From Camelus ferus (Eukaryota), in contig NC_045712.1 in NCBI RefSeq assembly GCF_009834535.1, positions 37,324,001-37,388,000 on the forward strand: a stretch of DNA of 64,000 bases, written 5' to 3'. The position numbers were made by a program, and so were the translations under genes. This document shows, piece by piece, positions 49,400 to 59,202 of this stretch. Each line of letters opens with the position of its first letter. Position 1 is the stretch's first letter. The notes under the pieces are model-generated. The model was not told the DNA's origin. It was given only the letters and a program-made list of their open reading frames with translations, and searched no databases.

Positions 49400-50960
49400 C
49401 TCTTTTTAAATTTTCAAAACAGAGGAAAGTACGAAGAATAACATAATAACCATATAACCACCCCTCAGAGTGAACAACTGTAAACATTTTGTCATTTTGT
49501 ACTCAGGTTTTTGTATATAGAAGAAAAGAACATTTGGGGACAAAGTTAAAGTCCCCTTTGCTATGGCCCCAGAGCTTTCCCTGCTCACCAGATGCCAGAA
49601 CCCTCATTCTGACATCTTTTTTACCCATATTTATTCGTGAGTAATATTACTGCTTTTGTTGGCAGTTTTTAAGTGGAAACAAGTGGTCATGGGAGAGATC
49701 TTTCTTATTCAACATTTTATTTTTGAGATCGGACTATAGTGATACAGGTGGACTCGCATTCATTTCAAAAGCTGCATTTTTATTTCATCACCCAAATATA
49801 CCACTATTTATTTATCCATTCCCTTACTAATAGACATCGGGTTTTTAAAAAAAATTTCTTGCTATTAAAATTACCCTTATTTATATTTTACAGAATTTGC
49901 TATGCTGGGACCTTTATTTTTCATATTTGACAAGTTCTATTGAAAAAATCCCTTTAATAATTGTTTATTCCAATTGCATTGATTTTATAATGTAATTTGA
50001 GGAGAAATAATATTTTTTGAATTATCACTTGATTCAGGAACAGGCTTTATCTCATCAGTCACTGGGGTCTTCTTTTATATTCTTCAACTGATTTTCTCCA
50101 TGAATATTCTGGCACATTTGCACCTTGATGTCTAGGTACCTTACTGTTTTGTTGGTATTGTAACTGCTATCAATTTCCCCCCCAATTTCTACCATTGTTG
50201 GGTTTTTTTGCAAAAGAAAGCTTTTTTGCTTGGGAGTAGGGGAGAGGTGGGGGGGGCAGGGTTCTCCCTTAAAATAAATTCCTTTACAGCAGTTTTCTGG
50301 ATGGTGAAATTTCTCAGGTTTTGTCTGTATGTAAATATTTATGTTTAGCCCTTACTTATTAAAGACAGTTTTACCCTAAGTAGAAAACTCCAGGTTAACA
50401 GATATTTTTTCTCCACACTCTGAAGTTATCTGCCTTGTGTTTTTTTCACTGTTACTTTGAAATATTCTTTCATTCTTTGTAAGCACTTAGTTATCCAAGT
50501 TCTTTCTCTCTGGTTTCCTCATCACCTGCCCTTTGTTTTGGCCTCTGCAATCTGAGAATGGAAGTGTTTTTGTTTATCCAATCTAGTCTTGGGTGAGTTT
50601 GGGCTTCCTGGATCCATGTATCTTATCAGTTTTGGAAAATTCAAGCCTCTTATCTCTTAATCATTGCCTCTCCTTTTTTCTCCTTTTGAATTTCACTTAG
50701 ACCTCTGTTGACCTTCTCATCCTGCCCTCCATGTCTATTTTTTTCCCATCTTACCTTTTCTTTTTTTTTGCTTCATTATGACTCATTCCTGGGATGTGTT
50801 GCCCAGCTCATGAATTCTGTCTTCAGCTGCAGGTGATATTAACTGTCAATTGAACCTTTTAGTTCAATTATTTTTTTAGACACTCTTTTTTTTCAAATTT
50901 GCTTTTCATTCCAGTAGTTTCTTGTTATATGTTTATCTTTGTAATTTTACCTTTTGTTTC
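49400..50960 (-). mobile_element. Old LINE-1 (L1ME-like) fragments, antisense
   Basis: T-rich reverse L1 motifs, e.g. tatttatccattcccttactaatagacat and cagttttggaaaattcaagcctcttatctctt. Confidence 0.65.
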
Positions 50961-51406
50961 TTTAAACACATCCTATGTAGCTGTTCCAGTGGTGACCACA
51001 GGCAGGGGAGTGTTTTATTACTGAAACTATTTAGAATTGCCAGCTCATGATAATAATAATAAACAGGCCACCTTTCGTAGGTTTTGTTGCTGTTTGTAAA
51101 GTCTGGATAAGTGATCACTCTCTTAGGTCTGCACCCAGGGCAGATGAATCCCGCTGTCCTCACTGGTGTGGCGTTGAGCTGACCTGTATTTCGAATCTGA
51201 CAATCCAGCACCTGCCATCCTAGGGGAAGGGTGTTCTGAATCTTAGTTCTTACTCCTGCTGACTCTTCACTCATAGTGGCCTGTCTTCTCATGGGTTTGT
51301 AAAACTCTGTTTGCACTCCCACTGCTCGGTCCTCTTGGTGTTGTAGGTGACCTCTTTAGACCTGCAGTGGAAGCTTTCCCAGTGTTTCTCCTGCTGCTGC
51401 TGCTGC

Positions 51407-51423
51407 TGGCCACCAGGGGGCGC
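51407..51423 (+). promoter_or_regulatory. CTCF core motif TGGCCACCAGGGGGCGC
   Basis: Essentially the consensus CTCF core; sequence match only. Confidence 0.65.
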
Positions 51424-51932
51424 GCCCCACCCATGACCCCTACCAACCTCCTCAGGCAGGAGTTCCAGGCTCTGTGTCCACAGCTCAGTCTCCCCACAAC
51501 AGCGCTACCATGGCATGAATCAGGCCACTAGCAGCACTGACCCCACGGTGGCCCGGTGGCCAGGCCCACTCCCCACCATTCTGGCTCCACCATCTCCCCT
51601 CAGCTCTTAGCCACTAGGCCTCAGAGAACCCCGTCGGTCCTGATACGGGAAGCAGAATTTGTACATATGTGGTTTTATTATATGTGATTCAGAATTGGTG
51701 CGAGTTGGGGCAGGAGAGGAGAACTCAGTGTTCCCCGCTGACTGATTGTCTCCTCCCACTTTGCAAATACGGGCTCCATGATAGCCCACGTGCCCGTCCA
51801 GCCCAGCTCCACCTGAGGGGCTGCGTCTTCCCAGGGCCCATTCTGAGGGCCCCCGAGTGACTTAGCAGCAGGGGTGTTTCAGGAGCCCCAGGCCCCCTGG
51901 GTGTGTAACTGGTGCCTTCTCCCCGTGGGCAG

Positions 51933-52137
51933 GCTGTCCAGGGCACCGGGCTGGCTTTCATCGTCTACACCGAGGCCATCAAAAACATGGAGGTGTCCCA
52001 GCTGTGGTCTGTGCTCTACTTCTTCATGCTGCTGATGCTGGGCATTGGGAGCATGCTGGGGAACACAGCCGCCATCCTCACCCCTCTGACCGACAGCAAG
52101 GCCATCTCCAGCTACCTGCCCAAGGAGGCCATCTCAG
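51933..52137 (+). CDS. SLC6A20: SLC6A20 exon 8, 205 nt: AVQGTGLAFIVYTEAIKNMEVSQLWSVLYFFMLLMLGIGSMLGNTAAILTPLTDSKAISSYLPKEAIS(G)
   Basis: Acceptor gggcag ends 51932; donor gtgagg at 52138; GTGLAFI motif and TM8. Confidence 0.98.
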
Positions 52138-52439
52138 GTGAGGGACCAGCCCGCAGGGCAGTGGAGTCGGGGAGGCGAGTGGAGGGAGGAGTTTCTTCAG
52201 GGGCCATGTGGTTACTGAAGTGGCCCCTGGGGGCGGTGGAAACCTCCCAGGGGTTCTGCCCTGGCTTTGTCCCTTCGGGCCATCTGGGGCCTGGTACCTG
52301 TGATTCCCCCAGGCATCTGGTTCTCCACGTCATAGGGAAGTGGAGAGGCCACCCCAACCTTGGGCAGAGGCCAGACTCCCCAAGCTGGCACTCGAAGCTC
52401 TCTGGGCCAGCAGAGAACCCACTCCTGTCTTTGTTTGCG

Positions 52440-52830
52440 TGAATTGAAGTATAACAGTTACACTGTGTACATTTCTTAAGCTCAAACCCAATGAACCACC
52501 ACCTAGATCAAGGTACAGAGCATTTCCTGCTCCCCGGGGGGCTCCTTCTCACTCCGTCCCCAGTCAGTACCCCCCCACCCCAGGAGTCACCTCTGTTCCA
52601 AGGGCTACCATTTTAGGTTTGTTTTTTCTGTTCTGAATTTTCATATAGTGAAGTCACCCAGTTCCTCTCTGTGTCTGCTGTCTCCACTCAGACTGTGTCT
52701 GTGAGATCCACCCATGTTGCAAGTAGCAGTCTTCAGTCTCTCTTCTGTCTGTGTAATAATCCATCGTAAAACCGCCCACCACAGTTTACCTACCCATTCT
52801 GCTGTTGGTGGACATTTGTGTTGTTAGGGA
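52440..52830 (-). mobile_element. LINE-1 3' end (L1ME/MB-like), antisense
   Basis: ttgaagtataac..., accacctagatcaaggtacagagcattt..., gtgagatccacccatgttgc. Confidence 0.75.
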
Positions 52831-53670
52831 AAGAACCTGTTTTTCCAAGCCTGCCTTTCCCTGTTTCACTCCACCACCCATCTGCTCCACCCATCTGCTC
52901 CTCTCTAACCCGCCAGTGTCTGGAGGACACTGTGACCACACCCCTGCCTTTAGTGACGCCATTCCACCACATCCAGGACATCCCTTCTCCCCGCCCAAGT
53001 CAACCCAGCTCCCAGCAGAGCCCTCTAGCACTTAGCACCCTCCTTGCTCCTGGCCTCAGGAGCCAGCATTATGTGTGCCTCCAGCCCCCCGCCAGCATAT
53101 AGCCTGTTCTCCTTGTGTGTCTCCCTCAGGATGTCAGTGGGGCTCGGGGGCTGGTGGTCGAGGGTGTGGCAGTGGAAAGGGCAGGGCAGGTGGGAGCGTT
53201 AGAGTTAAATACTTGGTGGGGTGTCCAAGGAAGGCAGCGAAGGAGACTGGGACAAGAACCCAGGTTCTGGAGGCAGAAGGGCCTGAGTCTGAATCCCAAC
53301 TCTGCTTCTTACGTGCTGTGGAATGTTGGGAAAGCTACCTGACATCTCTGAGCATTGGCTTTCTGTCTGTAAAAGGGAGCTCCTGAAACCTGCCTCAAAG
53401 GCTGAAGGATCCAATGAATGGCAAGTGCCTAGGGCGCAGAGGGAGCTGGGTGAACATTTCTTCCCTTCCCCTCCCTACTTCCTCTTGTACTCAGACGTGA
53501 GCGAGTCCTCTTTAGGCGGTCTTGAGAGGGGCACCGTGCAGCTCGAATCTCCTCTGATTCACCTCCCATGAGCTCAGGGACTGACTTGTTGAGATAACAT
53601 CACCAGACACAGCCTGGGTGAGAACCTCCTGACAGCAGCGCCTGCAACTTCCTCAGTTCCTTTGAGTTTG

Positions 53671-53686
53671 CTGCCACCTGGTGGCC
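53671..53686 (-). promoter_or_regulatory. CTCF core motif GGCCACCAGGTGGCAG (minus strand)
   Basis: Plus strand ctgccacctggtggcc; sequence match only. Confidence 0.6.
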
Positions 53687-53926
53687 TTCTCTATGAATTA
53701 ACATCAGCGATTCCTGCCATCACTCCTTAGGACACCTTTGCCCCATGCCCCACAACCCACACACGTGGCATACATGTGCAGAGAGGCCAGTCCACGGCAG
53801 CTCTTCCAACCCATGAGGATGACCCAAATGGCCAGAACCTCCTCGGAGTCCCTGGCTTGGCCCTGTAGAAAATGGGATGAACAGGCAGGGGTCTCAGGCA
53901 GGTGAGCAGGTGGTCTTGCGCCCCAG

Positions 53927-54086
53927 GTCTGGTGTGCTTCATCAACTGCGCCATCGGCATGGTGTTCACCACGGAGGCCGGCAACTACTGGTTCGACATC
54001 TTCAACGACTATGCGGCCACGCTGTCCCTGCTGCTCATCGTCCTGGTGGAGACGGTCGCCGTGTGTTACCTGTATGGGCTGAGGAG
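53927..54086 (+). CDS. SLC6A20: SLC6A20 exon 9, 160 nt: (G)LVCFINCAIGMVFTTEAGNYWFDIFNDYAATLSLLLIVLVETVAVCYLYGLR(R)
   Basis: Acceptor gccccag ends 53926; donor gtgagg at 54087. Confidence 0.98.
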
Positions 54087-54836
54087 GTGAGGAGGCCCTG
54101 CCCCCGACAGCTGCAAGGGAATCCCACCCACGAAGCCCCGTCCCACAAGAATAGTTGGTTCCCAGTGTGTGTTTCTCTTTTCTCTTTACCCTTAAGTTTT
54201 TCCAAGTTTTTTTTCTCTGCCCCCAAATCTCAGCTAATTCTGGGCCTCAATTCCACCCTCAGTTTGCCTTCAGCTAATATCTTCTCTATTTCTGTATTTT
54301 TTCTTTTTAGTATAGGACCTTTTCCTCTTGCCCCTGCTGGACCCCAACACCTTCCCTGGGCAGGGAATCGTGCCTCCAGGCACTAGATACACTAATCACG
54401 GCCAACGTTAGTATTTTTCAAGTCAACTGATTAAAGTAGAGTTAATAACTCAGGCCTTAGAAAATTTGCCAAATTCAGGTAGCTGAGTCCCCAGTCCTGG
54501 TGCACAGGGCAGCAATGAAGTAATTAAATCTCCCTAGTGATGGACCTGCAGCTGGGCTGAGAACCACTGATTTAAAGCAGTATTCAAGCTTGACTTCATG
54601 GCAGAGCCACCAGGCGCTCCACTCCTAGGCTGATTGAGCAGATGGGGAAGGCGGGGGGACCCAGAATTCACAAGTTAAACAAAGTCCAAATTTCTTTCCC
54701 GGAGGTCTTCTCAGAGCCTTAAAGGCAACTGTGAATCTCAAAGAGGACGTTATAATTTGCAGCATTTCCAAAACTTCTGTGATCAAGGAAAGCCCTTTGC
54801 CCTGCCAAGCTACTAACATCGTGAGGACACTAGTGT

Positions 54837-54946
54837 TAGAGTGACCAGCTGTCCCCATTTTCCCAGACTGAGAGCTTTCCCGGGATGAGGAACTTTCAGT
54901 GCTAAACCCGGGGAAGTCCTGTAAACTGGGACTAATTGGTCTCCTA
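54837..54946. mobile_element. MER81 hAT-Blackjack MITE, full length (110 bp)
   Basis: tagagtgaccagctgtcccc...ggaactttcagtgctaaacccgggg...aattggtctccta, with inverted termini. Confidence 0.85.
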
Positions 54947-55142
54947 GGAAATGCCAGTATAACGAGCACCGGAGAGGATGGGTGTTTCGGGGGAAAGAGA
55001 GGAGGCTGGGGAGGGAGAAGAACCTAGGGCCCCTGGAGGTGCTGGAGAGGGGCTCCAGTCCCCCCACAGCTGGGGGGTGGGTGGTAAGAGGTGGACGTTG
55101 GGGCAGAAATACAAAGTTCTCTGGGTAGTTTATAGGGATACG

Positions 55143-55159
55143 GCGCCATCTGGTGGCCA
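55143..55159 (-). promoter_or_regulatory. CTCF core motif TGGCCACCAGATGGCGC (minus strand)
   Basis: Plus strand gcgccatctggtggcca; sequence match only. Confidence 0.65.
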
Positions 55160-56376
55160 CACAGCAGCAGTACCACACTCCCTTTTCTTCTGCAGCCATC
55201 TCTTCAAGCCTTTTATCTCCAGGAAGCAGGGAGCAGGGGATGTAAAGGGACTAGATAATGCAGCACTTTCTGCCATGTGTAGTTTTGAGAATCCCAAGTG
55301 TCCACTATGCAATGGTGGCCTAGAGCCCAGGGCCCCGCTAGGTCAGTGGCAGCACGGGGGCAGGTGGTGATATGGGAACTCAGGACGCAGGGCAGGTCCT
55401 GGAGAGGCTGGGACTGTGGTTGCCACCTGGACAGCCTCACCCCCACCCCAACCCCTCCTCCACGGCTGCCTCTCCCGCCCTGGGGAGCGGTTTCAAAGGC
55501 CTTGGACTGGAGGTAGGACACCAATCCAGGTTCTGGCCCTGGGTCTGCCACTACCTGGGTGCCCTCAGGCACCTCGGGCTTCGGTCCCTCCTCTGTGAAA
55601 TGGGGCGATGGCTGGGTCAGCGTTTCCCAAAGTGCTGGAGATATTTTCCCTAATCGTGTGTGTGTATTAGAGAAACATGTGATTAGCCAATCAAGTCCAT
55701 GGATAGAAATCCATAAAGTGCATGCTGTTGTGCTATTGCTAAACTCAGGAGAAAGAATCCATTTAAAAGAAAAGTGAAAAGAGACAGTCCACAGACGTGA
55801 TGGAAATCACAGTGGGGGTCTGCGGGCTCCTGCATTTGGGAAGCACTGCTCCACACCAGCGCCAACGGGCCTGAGCGAAGGTGATTCTGGTCCCAGGTTT
55901 GAACCACCCCCACCCACCCCAGGAAGCCTGCCCAGGTCTCTGAAACAAATGAGATTCCCCTCTTGGGACTTTTCTAATGAGCAGGAGAGTCGCTGATAGA
56001 CAGCAGGGTGGGAGGGGTGGGGCAGGGCTGCCCTCAGGGTCCCCTGGTGTTGAGGATGGAGTCACAGGTGTCCTGGCAGGCCTTCTGTTCCCACGTCTAC
56101 ACCTGCAGCCTCCATCCCAAGGCCAGCACCAGGAGGATGTCCTCTGACGTCCACTCATCTGCGGGTGGTTGCCTCGTCCCCTCTGGGGCGGCCTCAGCCC
56201 CCTCCCCTCCCAAGGCCCAGCACCCCTCTCCCCAGAAGGAGTCACAGGGCCCAGTGGTCATGTGCAAACCTCAGTGGTGCCCAGAACAGAATCCTCCTAA
56301 GCAGACGGGGACATGAGGGCTGGAACCCTGGCTCCAACAGCATGGATAATCCAGACTTTCCCCGATATCCAAATAG

Positions 56377-56542
56377 ATTTGAAAGCGACCTTCGGGCCAT
56401 GACTGGCCGCAAGCTCAACTGGTACTGGAAGGCCATGTGGGCCGGCGTGAGCCCGCTGCTCATCGTCAGCCTCTTTGTCTTCTACCTGAGCGACTACATC
56501 ATGACCGGGACCCTGCGCTACCAGGCCTGGGACGCCTCCCAG
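56377..56542 (+). CDS. SLC6A20: SLC6A20 exon 10, 166 nt: (R)FESDLRAMTGRKLNWYWKAMWAGVSPLLIVSLFVFYLSDYIMTGTLRYQAWDASQ
   Basis: Acceptor ccaaatag ends 56376; donor gtacct at 56543. Confidence 0.97.
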
Positions 56543-57754
56543 GTACCTGCTGTCTGGGGCCTTCAGTTTTCTGAAGCCCAGGAGCTCTCCCCAGGGTGTG
56601 GGTAGGTTGTTTGTCACAATGTGAACACATCAGCCAGGTGTTTAAAAACACTCAGCCCAGACAGCAGAGCTGGGCCGGGAGTTTTTCACACGTGCCGCAG
56701 TGAAGAGGGAGTGAGACTCCCTGCGGAGCTTCCCGGCTGCCCGTGACCCTCAGCCAGCCGCCCCTGACCTCCGTCCCCTGAGGCCACTGAGAGGAGACCC
56801 AGCAAGCCTGGAGGGCATGTTCCCTTACCCCTGACCCCTGGAAGGCACCTGCGGAGCTGGGTGGGGCAGGAGCTGGCATCAACACTTGAATTGCTGGATC
56901 CTGGGAGGGTCTGGTCCGGATGTGGCTGGGACTGAAAAGACACAGACGGGGGCCGGGCAGCATCTGCTCACCCAGCAGAGGGCACCAGGTCAGGGTCGGG
57001 ACAGCCAGGGTGGCTGTATCAGAGCCTCCCTGAGGGTCAGCCCTGACTCCTCGCACACACACGCTTTCATAGGACAGAGTTACTTTTTGAGGAAAGGAAT
57101 CTTACCGGCCAGTTTGCATTTCTTCCTCCGTGAGAAGATGCTGCCTTGTAGCATATGGTATGTGTGGAGTGTGCAGACAGGTGCGAGGGCCCGGGGCTCC
57201 AGCCCCACACAGCTGCAGGGAGGCCGGGAGGGCCCCCAGGTCTGGTTCCAGCAGCGGTGGGTGCCGATCAGGGCTTCCCCCCCCTCAGGGGAGGAACCGG
57301 GTGTTTGCTCCAATCCACAACAGACTGATACTTTGGAAAAATGCAGTCACAGTGATTTACTTGAAAGAACATTTATTAAATACAAGCGCCAAGTACGTAT
57401 CAGAATCAGAGGATACAGGATTATGCTATCAAATTGCTAAAATAGTTTCCAGATGTTTCCTCCCAATTTCTGTCCTTGTCACAGAGAACACAGAGAGTAA
57501 CAGACCAGCAACAAAAAGTTGGTGGGCTGGTTCCCCTACACCAGCCACTCTGTGTGGCATTTTGGTTTGCAGATCTCACTTGGATTGACAGCAAACACCT
57601 GCTCCCTAGACAGAGCTGTCCCCTGGGTCCTCCATGGAAAGCTAGCATTTATTGCCTTTTTGGCCTCGTTTGGTTTCTCATCAGTTCTGCATCTAGGGAA
57701 ACGTCCACCATTCTACCAGCTGAGTCCCAGGGCCCATCAAGTCTTCCCTTGAGA

Positions 57755-57949
57755 CCAGAGTTGTGTTATTCGACATGGTAGCTAATAACCACATGTGGCT
57801 GTTGAAATCTACATTCATTAAATTAAAATTGCAAATTCAGTTATTGAGTCTTACTGCCAGACCCCAGGGCTGCGTGGCCTCCCATATCTGGTGGCTGCAA
57901 TATTGGGCAGCGTTCCTCCCATCACGGAAAATTCTATCAGGCGGCACTG
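57755..57949. mobile_element. MER3-like hAT-Charlie relic
   Basis: gacatggtagctaataaccacatgtggctgttgaaat ... ccatcacggaaaattctatcaggcggcactg. Confidence 0.75.
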
Positions 57950-58277
57950 GGCAAGCGTAGCCCCTGCATTTCGGTGCCCAGCTGGTGTCTGGAACAGAAG
58001 GCCCCCTGATTATTCCTGTGGTTGGTCTGTGGAGTAGCTCCAAACAGGAGCTCCACACACTCTGGTTGAAGGTCATGGAAGAGAATGAGGAAGTGAGGGG
58101 GGAACAGTAGATGCACTAGTGACCTGCGTGCAGAGCTGGGGCGGCCCCGGGCACAAGGACACCCAGCCTCCTGTGCTGTCCTCCCGCCACTGGAGGCCCG
58201 AGGCCTGGGGCATGCAGTGCCCTCAGAAGGTTTTGGGCGGGAGGTTCTTTGTGCTGACACTCAGGTTCTCCTTTCAG

Positions 58278-58427
58278 GGCCAGCTTGTGACCAAGGATTA
58301 CCCGCCGTATGCACTGGCCATCATCGGGCTACTCGTGGCTTCCTCCACCATGTGCATCCCTCTGGTGGCCCTGGGGACTTTCATCACACGTCGCCTCAAA
58401 CGGGGAGACACAGCCCCCAGGGCCTGA
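58278..58427 (+). CDS. SLC6A20: SLC6A20 exon 11 CDS, 150 nt incl. TGA: GQLVTKDYPPYALAIIGLLVASSTMCIPLVALGTFITRRLKRGDTAPRA-stop
   Basis: Acceptor cctttcag ends 58277. Exons of 121+141+92+228+111+242+163+205+160+166+150 nt sum to 1779 nt = 592 aa + stop. Confidence 0.98.
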   Translation, partial: GQLVTKDYPPYALAIIGLLVASSTMCIPLVALGTFITRRLKRGDTAPRA

Positions 58428-58774
58428 CAGCCGGGCCTCCCAGAGACCCCTGTCAGCTGCCAGGTCCAGGCGGAGCCGCCTCTGCTGCTGTCTGAGACAG
58501 TGACTCGGGAAGCCCTCAGCCCATTGTCTTGCTGAGTCTATAAAGGATTAGGAGGGTGTGAAGGGAGCTGAGTCCCTCAAGAGGAACCCCGACCCTGCTC
58601 GCCAAGCCATCTCTCTCCTTCCCCCTCCGCTTGGGGTCACACCCAGATGCCCGCCCCCCAACCATCACCAAAGAGGCAGGGTTCTCCAGGCAGTCTTAAG
58701 ACAATTGCTTGGCTCTAGGAAGGTCCTAGAACTAGGCCACACTATGAGCTGAAATGTGACTATAATTTTTATGG

Positions 58775-58780
58775 AATAAA
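58775..58780 (+). terminator. SLC6A20: Candidate proximal polyadenylation signal of SLC6A20 (AATAAA) followed by a GT/T-rich tract
   Basis: ggAATAAAatgtgagcaatgtttgttttcc, about 350 nt after the stop. Confidence 0.6.
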
Positions 58781-59068
58781 ATGTGAGCAATGTTTGTTTT
58801 CCTGTAGAGATCTCGAACTATACAGGGCAGTTGTATTGTAAGGGCCTGAGATGACAAATCTGAATGTCATCAGTACACAATTAGTTCTCTTATTTTCAGC
58901 CACGTTGAATAGGCAACCCCTGTGTTCTCCTTCACTAAGGGGACCAACTGGCCGTGAAGAAAGGAGGCCTTTGTTCGGGGCTCACCAAGGGGGTCACTTT
59001 TCCCTAATCCGAGCTCCCTCACAGTGGGTCCAGGACTAGTCCTCTCTACAAAAATTGCCCCAATTTAA

Positions 59069-59202
59069 GGGGAGGGTATAGCTCAGTGGTAGAGCGCATG
59101 CTTAGCATGCATGCGGTCCTGGGTTCAATCCCCAGTACCACCATTAAACTAAATAAGTAAATAAATAAACCAAATCCCCCCCCAACAAAAAGAAAAACAA
59201 AC
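59069..59202 (+). mobile_element. Camelid tRNA-derived SINE (Vic-1 type) with 15-bp TSD
   Basis: ggggagggtatagctcagtggtagagcgcatgcttagcatgcatgcggtcctgggttcaatccccagtacc with A and B boxes and an A-rich tail. TSD caaaaattgccccaa at 59049-59063 and 59203-59217. Confidence 0.92.

Noticed and set aside
56050-56260. Short imperfect internal duplications (ggagtcacagg; cccaaggcc(c)agcacc), also aactcttgactt twice at 60741-60767
   Set aside because: Too short and too few; consistent with local slippage and no evidence of function.
59069-59140. tRNA gene (A and B boxes, cloverleaf-like)
   Set aside because: It has an A-rich tail and a 15-bp TSD, and a diverged second copy lies at 4997-5158. It is a tRNA-derived SINE.
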